Shown here: positions 10,545 through 20,325 of the stretch, piece by piece
How the letters are laid out: the number at the start of each line of letters is the position of its first letter
Position numbering within the stretch: the stretch's first letter is position 1
Source of the DNA: Nostocaceae cyanobacterium
GTDB lineage: Bacteria > Cyanobacteriota > Cyanobacteriia > Cyanobacteriales > Nostocaceae
Assembly: GCA_035299225.1 (NCBI GenBank)
Contig: DATGXB010000028.1
Location: 1 to 61,151 of the forward strand
Reading direction: 5' to 3'
DNA: 61,151 nt
Program-made: the position numbers and the translations under genes
Notes under the pieces: generated by a model
The model's input: the letters and a program-made list of their open reading frames with translations, nothing else
What the model was told of the DNA's origin: nothing
The model's database searches: none

Positions 10545-13500
10545 TTGTTATTGGGGAGTGCTAATACTACCATGAACGATTTTGAAACTGAGACAATAGA
10601 ACTGCGTAACGAGTTAGCCAAGAAATACTTTGATTTATCACCACTAGGACGAAGAATTGTTCAATTATTCTCGGTAATTTACGAACCTATTAACAGAAAT
10701 TCGCTCTCCAGTTGTATTGCTTACATTGGTGAGTTAGATGAAAATAATAAACCTTTTGTTAGCAGAACCTTAAGTTATCAGGTTGATAAATTATTGTCAA
10801 TAGGCGTTTTAATTCAAGAAGGCGGAAAAAGTCCTCAATGTCATCCTTTACTGGCTGAGATTGCTACCCGTGATGCAGTCAAAGCGGGAAGGTTTGAATT
10901 ATTAGTTAAAGCATTGGAAGAAAAGATCCCTGTTAGTTATAGTTCGGCAACTGGACAAAAATATTTTAACGGCGATCGCCAATTTTTACGGGAATTTCGG
11001 ATCGGATTTTACCGTCACGACCTAGATTTTATTAATAAGCAGATTGAAGATTATTATAAAGGAGGTCGCAAAGACGAAAAACTATCAGTTAATGAAATGT
11101 TTATACGGGTGTGCAATAACCCATTTGATCCCGATTGGTTTCGCACACTACCACAAGAATTATATGATAACTGTATAACTAACATTCTCTTAGAAGCTGC
11201 CTTAAAATGCAATCTGGCAGATGAAGCTTTTGCCATGCTGCAAGAGGATTGTGCTGATAGTACAATCCATTCATCAGATTATCTACAATTAGTTTTAACC
11301 GAACAACTACTGTTGAGGGGTTGTATACAAGAAGCAGAAGACAATTTAAAGAATATTACAGAAGAATATCAAAATAATGCCCTGGTTTATGCAGGCTGGA
11401 TTAACTTTTTCAAGGGGAATATTCAACAGGCGATCGCCTATTACAACTTAGCACTCAAAACCCTGAAAAAAGGTAAAGGCAAGCGTCAGCTATACTTCAA
11501 TACTATAGGGGGCTTATTCTTTATCCTCGCACTGATCAAAGAAGGTTCACCCAATAGCCTGCAAACAGCTTTAGATTATACCAGTTCAGCCGCACGTCAA
11601 ACAGGACATTGGCTAAAACCCATTTATGTACAATTAAGTGTTTTATTGCGGATTCAATTAGGAGACATCACCCAAAAAGAATTTGTTCTTGATAAAAATA
11701 TCATTTTCCCCCAAGTCCACAACAGCCTAGAAACATTATTTTTTGCCCTTTGTCATTACTGGGTAGATGTTGACAGTGCAAAAAGCAACCTACCCAAAGT
11801 ATTAAGCCCATTCTATCAAAAAGCTGTAACATCAGGTTATCACTGGTTAGCGATGGAAAGCGCCGAACTCCTTTCCCGACTGATCCCAGATAGCACTTAT
11901 GATACACAAGCAGAAATCCTCCGGGAAGATATTGGCGTAGATAGTATAGTTGATTTAATTCAACCCCAGGAAGCTTGGGAACAATGTTTAAACGCTTTAG
12001 CTAACATCCAAAAAGAACCACAAACATCTGTAAAAGCTGAATCAGAACTGCGTTTAGGTTGGTTTATTACCTATTATTTTGGTTCATGCACCATCCAACC
12101 ACGAGAACAAAAGATTAACGCTCAAGGTGTTTGGAGTAAAGGCCGAGTTATAGCCCTCAAGCGGCTGAGTGAAGACCTAGCAGAATTTAGTTATTTAACT
12201 CCTCAAGATATCCGGGTTTGTGCTTATATTGAAACTTATAGCACGTATAATTACAGAAGTTACAGCAAAAGCGAGTATAGATTTAACGAAAAAGCCATAT
12301 CTGCATTAATTGGACATCCTTTAGTATTTTGGGAAGATTCACCCAATACCCGTGTAGAAATTGTTAAGGGAGAACTAGAACTGCTGGTAAAAAAAGGCAA
12401 AAAAGACCGATTAATTCTAGAATTATCCCCTAAATTTGAACCAATACAAAATTTACTCACCATCAAAGAAACCCCCACCAGATTAAAAGTCATTGAAATC
12501 ACCGCCGAACATCATCGGATTGCAGAAATTATTGGTAAAAATAATCGCTTAGAAGTTCCCATTGGCGCAAAAGAGCGAGTTTTGGCCGCTATTAATGCCA
12601 TATCTGGGTTAGTAACAGTACATTCGGATATTGGTGGAGGGTTAGAAGGTGCAATAGAAGTACCGGCTGACAGTAAACCTCATGTTCATTTATTACCTGC
12701 TGGTGATGGTTTAAAAGTTGCTGTATTAGTTCGTCCCTTTGCTGATGGCGGAAATTATTACCGTCCCGGTACAGGTGGAGAAACAGTAATTGCCGAAATT
12801 GACGGTAAAAGATTGCACACCACACGGGATTTACAGGCAGAAAAACAACAAGCGAAAGCAGTCATAGCAGCTTGTCCGACCTTCACCCAAGGGGAAGAAC
12901 AGGACGGAGAATGGTTAATAGAAGCACCAGAAGACTGTTTAGAACTGTTGCTAGAACTGGAAGCACTAGGAGAGACTGTAGTGCTGGAATGGCCAGAAGG
13001 GGAACAACTGCGAGTTAGTCACCAAGCAGGTTTTAGTAACTTTAGGTTAAGTATTCAACGTCAAAAAGATTGGTTTGCAGCTAGTGGTGAGTTGCAATTA
13101 GATGATGATTTGGTGTTGGATATGCAGCGTTTAATGGAACTGCTAGAAAAAACCCCCAGCAGATTTATACCTTTGGGTTCTGGTCAGTTCTTGGCTTTAA
13201 CGCAAGAATTTCGCAAACGCTTGGATGAGTTGCGGACATTTTCGGAAAAACACGGTAAAGGTGTACGTTTTCACCCCTTAGCGGCTTTCGCTTTAGAAGA
13301 TATGGTCGCGGAAGTGGAAAACTTGCAAGCGGATAAACACTGGAAAGAGCATATTCAACGGCTGAAAGAAATGCAAAATTTACAGCCAAAATTACCTTCT
13401 ACACTGCAAGCAGAATTAAGAGATTATCAAATAGATGGTTTTAACTGGTTAGCAAGGTTGGCTTATTGGGGTGTTGGCGCTTGCTTGGCTGATGATATGG

Positions 13501-14801
13501 GATTGGGGAAAACTTTACAAGCTTTAGCGGTGATTCTCACCCGTGCATCGGAAGGTGCTAGTTTAATTATTGCACCGACTTCTGTCTGTATGAACTGGGT
13601 GAGTGAAGCACAGAAATTTGCACCTACTTTAAATGTAATTCAGTTTGGGGGATTTAGTGGCAATGAACGCCAAACCGTTTTAGATAATTTACAGCCATTT
13701 GATATGCTGGTTTGCAGCTATGGTTTATTACAACAGGAAGAAGTAGCGCAGAAGTTAGCGCAGGTACAATGGCAAACCATCGTTTTAGATGAAGCCCAAG
13801 CGATTAAAAATGTTGCCACCAAACGGTCACAAGCGGCCATGAACTTACAAGGAGGTTTTAAAGTCCTGACTACAGGTACACCCATAGAAAACCATTTGGG
13901 TGAACTGTGGAATTTATTCCGCTTTATCAACCCTGGTTTACTTGGTTCATTAGAAAGCTTTAATCAGCGTTTTGCTAACCCGATTGAAAGATATCAGGAT
14001 AAACAAGCCAGAAATAAACTCAAAAAATTGATTCAACCCTTCCTGTTACGTCGTACCAAAAACCAAGTTTTAGAAGAGTTACCTTCTCGCACGGAAATAG
14101 TTTTACACGTCGAGTTAAGTCAGGAAGAGATTGCTTTGTATGAAGCACTGCGTCGGGAAGCCATAGCAAAACTGACTGATAGCGACACCCCAGCCGGTCA
14201 AAAGCATCTACAAGTGTTAGCGGAAATTATGAGATTACGTCGCGCTTGCTGTAATGCACGGTTAGTAATGCCTGATACGAATCTGAAAAGTGCGAAATTA
14301 CAGCTTTTTGGGGAAGTGCTGACGGAATTATTAGAGAACCGTCATAAGGCTTTGGTGTTTAGTCAGTTTGTAGACCATTTACAAATTATCAAGGAATATT
14401 TAGATAAGCAAAAAATATCTTATCAATATTTAGATGGTAGCACCCCCGCAGGAGAACGCAAAAAACGAGTAGATGCTTTCCAATCTGGTATAGGTGATGT
14501 ATTTTTAATCAGCCTCAAAGCCGGGGGTACGGGGTTAAATCTCACGGCTGCTGATTACGTGATTCATCTAGACCCCTGGTGGAATCCCGCAGTTGAAGAC
14601 CAGGCATCAGACCGTGCCCACCGCATCGGCCAAAAACGCCCAGTAACTATTTATAGACTGGTAGCGAAAAATACTATTGAGGAAAAAATAGTGGAATTGC
14701 ATCAACACAAGCGAGATTTAGCTGATAATCTTCTAGAGGGTGCGGATATGAGTGGTAAGATATCCACAAATGAGTTATTACAATTAATTAATGAGGGTTA
14801 A
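10545..14801 (+). CDS. SNF2-family (SWI2/SNF2) helicase with large N-terminal region
   Basis: The C-terminal ~550 aa hold SNF2_N (LRDYQIDGFNWLARL, DDMGLGKTLQ, DEAQAIKN) and HELICc (FLISLKAGGTGLNLTAADYVIHLDPWWNP, QASDRAHRIGQ) motifs. The likely true start is the ATG at 10572, in frame. Confidence 0.85.
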   Translation: MLLGSANTTMNDFETETIELRNELAKKYFDLSPLGRRIVQLFSVIYEPINRNSLSSCIAYIGELDENNKPFVSRTLSYQVDKLLSIGVLIQEGGKSPQCHPLLAEIATRDAVKAGRFELLVKALEEKIPVSYSSATGQKYFNGDRQFLREFRIGFYRHDLDFINKQIEDYYKGGRKDEKLSVNEMFIRVCNNPFDPDWFRTLPQELYDNCITNILLEAALKCNLADEAFAMLQEDCADSTIHSSDYLQLVLTEQLLLRGCIQEAEDNLKNITEEYQNNALVYAGWINFFKGNIQQAIAYYNLALKTLKKGKGKRQLYFNTIGGLFFILALIKEGSPNSLQTALDYTSSAARQTGHWLKPIYVQLSVLLRIQLGDITQKEFVLDKNIIFPQVHNSLETLFFALCHYWVDVDSAKSNLPKVLSPFYQKAVTSGYHWLAMESAELLSRLIPDSTYDTQAEILREDIGVDSIVDLIQPQEAWEQCLNALANIQKEPQTSVKAESELRLGWFITYYFGSCTIQPREQKINAQGVWSKGRVIALKRLSEDLAEFSYLTPQDIRVCAYIETYSTYNYRSYSKSEYRFNEKAISALIGHPLVFWEDSPNTRVEIVKGELELLVKKGKKDRLILELSPKFEPIQNLLTIKETPTRLKVIEITAEHHRIAEIIGKNNRLEVPIGAKERVLAAINAISGLVTVHSDIGGGLEGAIEVPADSKPHVHLLPAGDGLKVAVLVRPFADGGNYYRPGTGGETVIAEIDGKRLHTTRDLQAEKQQAKAVIAACPTFTQGEEQDGEWLIEAPEDCLELLLELEALGETVVLEWPEGEQLRVSHQAGFSNFRLSIQRQKDWFAASGELQLDDDLVLDMQRLMELLEKTPSRFIPLGSGQFLALTQEFRKRLDELRTFSEKHGKGVRFHPLAAFALEDMVAEVENLQADKHWKEHIQRLKEMQNLQPKLPSTLQAELRDYQIDGFNWLARLAYWGVGACLADDMGLGKTLQALAVILTRASEGASLIIAPTSVCMNWVSEAQKFAPTLNVIQFGGFSGNERQTVLDNLQPFDMLVCSYGLLQQEEVAQKLAQVQWQTIVLDEAQAIKNVATKRSQAAMNLQGGFKVLTTGTPIENHLGELWNLFRFINPGLLGSLESFNQRFANPIERYQDKQARNKLKKLIQPFLLRRTKNQVLEELPSRTEIVLHVELSQEEIALYEALRREAIAKLTDSDTPAGQKHLQVLAEIMRLRRACCNARLVMPDTNLKSAKLQLFGEVLTELLENRHKALVFSQFVDHLQIIKEYLDKQKISYQYLDGSTPAGERKKRVDAFQSGIGDVFLISLKAGGTGLNLTAADYVIHLDPWWNPAVEDQASDRAHRIGQKRPVTIYRLVAKNTIEEKIVELHQHKRDLADNLLEGADMSGKISTNELLQLINEG

Positions 14802-14830
14802 CATTCTTAATTATCCTCATATTTTTTAGG

Positions 14831-14876
14831 GTGGGTATTGCTAAGAAAGTTGAAAATAGATACAAAATTATTTAAG
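14831..14876 (+). repeat. 46-bp direct repeat copy A flanking the VapBC cassette
   Basis: GTGGGTATTGCTAAGAAAGTTGAAAATAGATACAAAATTATTTAAG matches 15741-15786 (GTGGGAATTGCTGAAAAAGTTAGTAATAGCTACAAAATTATTTAAA) at 39/46 positions. Confidence 0.7.
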
Positions 14877-14923
14877 AGGATGTTTGTAAAGTCAAAAAGT
14901 TTACTGAAAAACCTCTCTCCAAA

Positions 14924-14946
14924 CCTCTCTCCTGCAAGGAGAGAGG
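14924..14946. terminator. perfect 9-bp GC-rich hairpin (CCTCTCTCC-TGCAA-GGAGAGAGG), candidate bidirectional terminator
   Basis: Stem-loop read directly. T-runs follow on the minus strand, fitting a terminator for vapBC. A second hairpin TTCCCT-CGT-AGGGAA lies at 14961-14976. It is preceded by the direct repeat AACCTCTCTCC x2. Confidence 0.4.
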
Positions 14947-15091
14947 CTTTAAAACACCCATTCCCTCGTAGGGAAGGGGGGCAAGGGGGGTTAGGTTTTT
15001 CGGGCTTATTTGTTTCATCAAATACTTTTAAAACATCCTCTAAAGCAATGCCCACCTTTACCCTAATTCTTAAATTAAATTTAATAGTTTT

Positions 15092-15487
15092 TTATATTGA
15101 AACGGTAAGCAAGCCAAGATATTTAACAAATGGCAAAAAGTCTTTATCAGTAAATAGAAGAGAGTTTTGGTTTTGAATACAAAAAGTTGCAATAATTACA
15201 TCAACCGTTTTGCGAATAGTGATACCACGTTTGCGGAGAAATCTATAGTTATCAGCACTTCTGAGAGCAGTATCTAAGCCTAACATTTCAAAAATTGTTA
15301 GAGAAGTTAGTAAATCTTTTGCTGTGTGATATTCCGTATCTGATCGAAATCCCTGCAAAACTTCAGTCAAAATTAGATCACCAATTGCTATTGGTTCTAC
15401 TCCCAAAAGTGTATCTAGCTTATTAGTTTCCGGGGTTTCTATGCCATTAAAATAATCTATCCAGACACTTGAATCTATAATAATCAT
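15092..15487 (-). CDS. vapC: PIN-domain ribonuclease toxin VapC
   Basis: 131 aa starting MIIIDSSVWIDY with a PIN acidic-residue pattern. It overlaps the upstream antitoxin ORF by one base (ATGA). Confidence 0.8.
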   Translation of the reverse strand: MIIIDSSVWIDYFNGIETPETNKLDTLLGVEPIAIGDLILTEVLQGFRSDTEYHTAKDLLTSLTIFEMLGLDTALRSADNYRFLRKRGITIRKTVDVIIATFCIQNQNSLLFTDKDFLPFVKYLGLLTVSI

Positions 15488-15678
15488 TAATCTGTTCTCA
15501 TTTCTTCAAGATTGCCTTCCCATTTAAGTTTTCCCCGATACGCTTTAATTTTTTCTTGTTGCTTAAGTTTAATCAATGTTTTAAGAGCAAGTTCTATGAC
15601 TTCCTGTTTAGTCTTAAGTCCAGTTGCTTTAATAGCATTTTCTATGAGGTTTTCATCAATGGAAATATTATTGATCAT
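15487..15678 (-). CDS. vapB: type II antitoxin (VapB-like) of the VapBC pair
   Basis: 63-aa charged protein immediately upstream of vapC and translationally coupled to it. Confidence 0.6.
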   Translation of the reverse strand: MINNISIDENLIENAIKATGLKTKQEVIELALKTLIKLKQQEKIKAYRGKLKWEGNLEEMRTD

Positions 15679-15740
15679 AACATATTTATATTTAGACCTT
15701 TTATCGTAAATTATATCTCAAATTAAATCAGTATGTTGCT

Positions 15741-15786
15741 GTGGGAATTGCTGAAAAAGTTAGTAATAGCTACAAAATTATTTAAA
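15741..15786 (+). repeat. 46-bp direct repeat copy B flanking the VapBC cassette
   Basis: See copy A. Confidence 0.7.
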
Positions 15787-15808
15787 ACACTATCCATATT
15801 AACCTGAT

Positions 15809-16063
15809 TTATTCTGAATGCTTGCCTAAATAGTCTGGTAGTTCATCTAAATTCTTTTGTGTGAGTTGGCATAAACGCTTCATTTGCAGAATTGTGAGGC
15901 TGATTTCTGTAATACCTCGTTCACAACGGCTGACGGTAGAAGGGTCAATACCGATGGCCACGGCAAACTCGGCTTGAGTCATACCAAGCTGTTCGCGTAT
16001 CGCTTTTAAGGGTACTACGACCTCATCCGAGTTTTGGGGTTGACGTTTGGTTCTTTTTATCAT
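15809..16063 (-). CDS. XRE-family helix-turn-helix transcriptional regulator
   Basis: 84 aa with an HTH_3 motif (LGMTQAEFAVAIGIDPSTVSRCERG). Confidence 0.75.
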   Translation of the reverse strand: MIKRTKRQPQNSDEVVVPLKAIREQLGMTQAEFAVAIGIDPSTVSRCERGITEISLTILQMKRLCQLTQKNLDELPDYLGKHSE

Positions 16064-16109
16064 ACATTTTAACTAGGCGATTTGCCTAGCTAATTTGCTA
16101 ATAATTAGG

Positions 16110-17285
16110 TTAGGTTTTGATGTTAATTGATACTCTAACTTGGAGTTTGTTTAAGGTTTTGACGCGATCGCTATCTTGGGAATTAAGGCGTATTTTTACC
16201 TTTACTACCCGCACATCTGCCTGAGCGGTGGGGTCATCATTGACTATTCCTGGTTTATCTATTTGTAAACCAATGTGATCTACTACTCCTTTAAGTTCTC
16301 CGTCAAATCCTCCATATTCACTAACGATAGTTGATTGTTGACCAAGTTTGACATATTTAATATCACTTTCATAAACTTCTGCTAAAACATACATTTGCTG
16401 AGTCTGGCCAATGTCCAAAATGCCATTATTTCCCACATATTCGCCGACTTTAGCATTTATATTTAGGATTTGCCCAGACACGGGAGAGAAAACATAAGCT
16501 GATTCTAAATCAATTTCGGCTTTTTTAAGTTGAGCTAAGGCTTCATTTAATTCTGCTTCCGCTACTAAAATATCAGTTGGTTTAACATTTTTGAGACTAT
16601 CTAAAGTTGCTTTACCTCCCTTAATTCGCTCTCTACTGGTGCTAATTTGTTGACTGAGATTTGCTTTTGCTTCTTGCAATTTTTTTGTTTCAATTTGTAC
16701 TTGTAAACGTCTGTCTTCGGTGTCAGCCGCCGAAACTGCCCCATCTTTTAACAGTTTTTGGTAACGTTGATAATCATTTATTGCTTTGTTTAATTCTACT
16801 TCTTGACGAGCAATAATAGTTTGTTGAATTTTGACACCTTCAGATAATTCTGCTTGCATTTCTGTCACTTTATTTTGTTGGGCTGCAATTTGTCCCGACT
16901 TTTCACCGGCTCGAACTTGCGCTAAACGCGATCGCGCAACCTGCACTTTAGCTGCGGAATTTTCCACTGTTGCTTGATCCCGTTTAAAGCTGTCCATGAC
17001 AGCAATAATTTGACCTTCCCTGACTTGATCACCTTCCTTAACACGCAGTTCAGCCAAACGCTGGTTAGATGCTGGCGCTCCAAGATGAATAATTTCTCCT
17101 TGGGGTTCTATCCGTCCCAAAGCGGTAACATAAGTGACTGTTTGCTTACTAATGGGGATTTCCTGTTTACTGTCCTGTTTAGTGCTGAAAAGTTGACGTG
17201 AGTTAAAAGCAACGGTAGCAATAATAGCGATAACACTTACAGATAGTAGTATAAGATTTGCTTTATCTAATTTAATCTTGTTCAT
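16110..17285 (-). CDS. HlyD/DevB-family membrane fusion protein of ABC exporter
   Basis: 391 aa. N-terminal TM helix, a long coiled-coil, and biotinyl/lipoyl-like hairpin segments typical of DevB/HlyD periplasmic adaptor proteins. Confidence 0.8.
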   Translation of the reverse strand: MNKIKLDKANLILLSVSVIAIIATVAFNSRQLFSTKQDSKQEIPISKQTVTYVTALGRIEPQGEIIHLGAPASNQRLAELRVKEGDQVREGQIIAVMDSFKRDQATVENSAAKVQVARSRLAQVRAGEKSGQIAAQQNKVTEMQAELSEGVKIQQTIIARQEVELNKAINDYQRYQKLLKDGAVSAADTEDRRLQVQIETKKLQEAKANLSQQISTSRERIKGGKATLDSLKNVKPTDILVAEAELNEALAQLKKAEIDLESAYVFSPVSGQILNINAKVGEYVGNNGILDIGQTQQMYVLAEVYESDIKYVKLGQQSTIVSEYGGFDGELKGVVDHIGLQIDKPGIVNDDPTAQADVRVVKVKIRLNSQDSDRVKTLNKLQVRVSINIKT

Positions 17286-17377
17286 TATATTGATTGCTTA
17301 AATTTTTTTAAGTGTATTTTCTGTTAAATTTAGAACTTACTCAAATTTGTTATATCCCAAAAAAAGAAAAAGTCATT

Positions 17378-17510
17378 AGGGAACAGGGAACAGGGAACAG
17401 GGAACAGGGAATAGGCAATAGGCAATAGGCAACAGGAAATAGAGAATTAATTCTTTTATTTTCCCCCCTGCCCCTCTGCCCCCTGCCCCTCTGCCCCTCT
17501 TCTCCCCTGC
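17378..17510. repeat. bipartite STR spacer: (GGGAACA)n(AGGCAAT)n ... (CCCCTGCC/CCTCTGCC)n
   Basis: Read directly. The C-rich array ends exactly at the stop codon of the upstream minus-strand ABC ATPase gene. Confidence 0.9.
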
Positions 17511-17511
17511 G

Positions 17512-18936
17512 TCATTTTGCAATCACACCGATCACACTACAAAAAGTTTCTCGGTCAAGTACCATCAAATCAGCATCAGCCTTTGCTCCAACTCGCACTG
17601 TAAAAGGATATTCTTCCCCATCAATTAACTGAGTATTACCAAAATAATCACCTGTTTTGATTTGATAGGATGTTGAATTATTGCCGTCACTTACTAATAC
17701 TTCTGCTGTTCCTGCTAATATCAAATAGAATTTATCGGCTAATGTACCTTGTTGAACTATTGTAGAATTAGCCCCATATCTAATTACCTTGGCTTGAGAT
17801 GCGATCGCCCTGATTTGGTATGTTTCAATATTAGGTAAGGCTTTGGACAGGTAACTACTGAACAAACGTTGATGTACACGACGCACAACATCAGAATTAG
17901 TTAAATCAGAACTACTGAGGAAATTTTGAAACATTTCTTCCTCAATTACCATCACTTTAACTTCGGAATCTTTGACCACACGTACTGTAGCCGTGCGTTT
18001 ACCACCTTGTAACAAACCTACCTCACCAAAATAATCCCCACGCTTGAGATGATTAATTAATCTGGGGGGTTGGTCAGCAGATTCTTGCATAATATTAACT
18101 TCACCTTCCAACAAAATATAGAATTTATTAGCTGGATCTCCTTGCTGAACGATGACTTCTTCTGATTGATAAGTTAAAACAGTGGGTTGATTAACGGTTT
18201 GCATGAGTGCAGATTCATTAAAACCAGGTAAAGCGAGGGAAAGTTCTTGATGTAAAGCTAAACCTAATTTGCCATCTTCAACATTAATAATGCGGTCTGC
18301 TAAATCAAGTATGCGATTATCATGTGTCACCATAAGAACGGCGCTATTTTGTTCTTTGGCTAGACGTTGCATTAAAGCTACTACATTACGTCCTGATGTT
18401 CTATCTAAAGCTGCTGTCGGCTCATCAGCAAGTACCAAACTGGGACAACTCACCAACGCACTAGCGATCGCTACCCGTTGTTTTTGTCCTCCAGAAAGAT
18501 TACTAGGATAAGCATTAATTTTTTCTCTTAATCCTATTGACTCCAAAATGGCTTCTATCTTACTACGAGCTTCTTTAGGGGAAAAGTTGGAATGTAATTC
18601 CAATGACATTTGAATATTCTGTTCAACCGTCAAAAAATCTAATAAACTACTTGATTGGGTAACATAGCCAAAGTTTCGACGCATTTGTACTAATTTTTCT
18701 TTAGTAGCTCCATTTAGTTCCTGTTCCAAAATTGTAATACTTCCTTCTTGGACAGAACGCAGACAACCAATTAAACTCAGTAATGTACTTTTTCCTGAAC
18801 CTGATGGACCAGTTAAAATTACAAATTCCTTAGCTTTAATTTCCAAATTAATATCAAATAAAATTTGCTTTCGGAGTTCATCTTCTCCAAAAAAGTAATT
18901 AAGGTTTTGGATAGAAACAATTGTTTGAGCAAACAC
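17512..18936 (-). CDS. DevA-like ABC transporter ATP-binding protein fused to two C-terminal cyclic-nucleotide-binding domains
   Basis: Residues 1-230 carry Walker A GPSGSGKST, signature LSGGQKQRVAIA and Walker B LVLADEPT. Residues ~250-360 form a cNMP-binding fold (GDYFGEVGLL...RTATVRVV). Residues ~370-470 form a second, more divergent cNMP-like domain (GDYFGNTQLIDGEEYPFTVRV). Confidence 0.85.
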   Translation of the reverse strand: MFAQTIVSIQNLNYFFGEDELRKQILFDINLEIKAKEFVILTGPSGSGKSTLLSLIGCLRSVQEGSITILEQELNGATKEKLVQMRRNFGYVTQSSSLLDFLTVEQNIQMSLELHSNFSPKEARSKIEAILESIGLREKINAYPSNLSGGQKQRVAIASALVSCPSLVLADEPTAALDRTSGRNVVALMQRLAKEQNSAVLMVTHDNRILDLADRIINVEDGKLGLALHQELSLALPGFNESALMQTVNQPTVLTYQSEEVIVQQGDPANKFYILLEGEVNIMQESADQPPRLINHLKRGDYFGEVGLLQGGKRTATVRVVKDSEVKVMVIEEEMFQNFLSSSDLTNSDVVRRVHQRLFSSYLSKALPNIETYQIRAIASQAKVIRYGANSTIVQQGTLADKFYLILAGTAEVLVSDGNNSTSYQIKTGDYFGNTQLIDGEEYPFTVRVGAKADADLMVLDRETFCSVIGVIAK

Positions 18937-18970
18937 GGTGTTAATTGATAGTAGAGTGAAGTTTAGTCAA

Positions 18971-19125
18971 TAGGAAATAGGGAACAGGGAACAGGCAATA
19001 GGCAATAGGCAATAGGCAATAGGCAATAGGCAATAGGCAATAGGCAATTAGGAATTTCTTATTTTCCCCCTTGCCCCTCTGCCCCCCTGCCCCTCTGCCC
19101 TTCTGCCTCCTGTCCCCTGCCTCCT
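18971..19125. repeat. bipartite STR spacer: (GGGAACA)2(AGGCAAT)9 ... C-rich (CCCCTCTGCC)n
   Basis: Read directly. The C-rich array abuts the stop codon of the devC-like gene. Confidence 0.9.
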
Positions 19126-20291
19126 TAAAATAGGTCTGCGGGATTGGCTTCTCTGAGTTTATTTACAGCAATAATGCCAGATGTAAAACACATAATAATT
19201 GTTAACAAAAATACGAATAATGCTCTGGTTAATGTCATATACATTGCCAGAGATGTGGCATTTTGGACAACAGCATATAATATTAAAGAAGCAAATAAAC
19301 CAGGAATATAACCTAATATTGCTAAAATCAAAGCTTCTTGAAATAAGATTTTGAGAAAATAACGATGTTTATAACCTCTGGCTTTGAGGACAGCATAATC
19401 TGGTAAATGGGTAGAAACTTCACTATAAAGAATTTGATAAACAATAATCACTCCTACCAAAAAGCCAACAAAAACTCCGGTACTAAAAACAAAGCCAATG
19501 GGAGCGCTAGTAGCCCAGTAATGTTTTTCATGTTCTATAAATTCGTTTAGTGTCATTACTTGAAGATTCCCATTAAGTTGAGCTTTAAGTTTTTTTATAA
19601 TTGCTGGAATATCAACACCTGGCTTAAGCTTTATTAGCCCAATTGTAATATTTTCTGCCGAACTACCTGACACCAAATAAGTAAAAGTGGTATTACTAAC
19701 AATCAGATTACCATCATCAGCAAAGGATGCTCCCGCCAAATCTACTAATTCTCTAATCAAAACTTGCTTATTACCCACTTCTACTTGAACTGATTTTCCT
19801 GATTTCAGGATATTTAACATATTGCCATATTCTTTTAAGTTAGATTTGCCATCTAGTAAAACAACTCCTTTTGTCTTTAACAGATGAGTGACTTGCTCAA
19901 AATTGGGAATTTCAAAAGGGTTATTGTCGGGGTTAATTCCCAGAATAATAATTCCTTTTCCTCCGCTAGAATTGCCATATTTAAAAGATAATTGTCCGTG
20001 ATGAATATAGTTTATAGAATCAACTTCACTGAAATTGAGAGTGCGATATAAATATTGTCGAGGAAAATTGACGGTGCTAACTAGGGTTTTCATTCGCGGG
20101 TGAATTAAAATCAAATCCGCTTTAAGACGTTGTTGTAATGCTGTTTGGCTCTCAAACAGAGAATCTAAAAAAGCTAATTGCGTAAAAATCAAAATTGCCG
20201 CAAAAGCAATACCAAAGAGTGCTACCACTAACCGTACTTTGTTACGTGTCAGTTGTAACCAGGCTAGAGGGACTTTTCCGAGAACATTCAT
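19125..20291 (-). CDS. DevC-like ABC exporter permease (FtsX/MacB-type)
   Basis: 388 aa. N-terminal TM helix, a large periplasmic domain, and a C-terminal FtsX-like 3-TM bundle. Its position immediately upstream of the DevA-like ATPase supports the call. Confidence 0.8.
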   Translation of the reverse strand: MNVLGKVPLAWLQLTRNKVRLVVALFGIAFAAILIFTQLAFLDSLFESQTALQQRLKADLILIHPRMKTLVSTVNFPRQYLYRTLNFSEVDSINYIHHGQLSFKYGNSSGGKGIIILGINPDNNPFEIPNFEQVTHLLKTKGVVLLDGKSNLKEYGNMLNILKSGKSVQVEVGNKQVLIRELVDLAGASFADDGNLIVSNTTFTYLVSGSSAENITIGLIKLKPGVDIPAIIKKLKAQLNGNLQVMTLNEFIEHEKHYWATSAPIGFVFSTGVFVGFLVGVIIVYQILYSEVSTHLPDYAVLKARGYKHRYFLKILFQEALILAILGYIPGLFASLILYAVVQNATSLAMYMTLTRALFVFLLTIIMCFTSGIIAVNKLREANPADLF

Positions 20292-20325
20292 GTAGTTTTG
20301 TAAACTGAAAATTCAGTGTATTGTT

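Noticed and set aside
17378-19125. Tandem repeat arrays that could be mistaken for CRISPR arrays
   Set aside because: Units are 7 bp, directly adjacent without spacers, with no cas genes nearby. They are the heptanucleotide STRs typical of Nostocales genomes.
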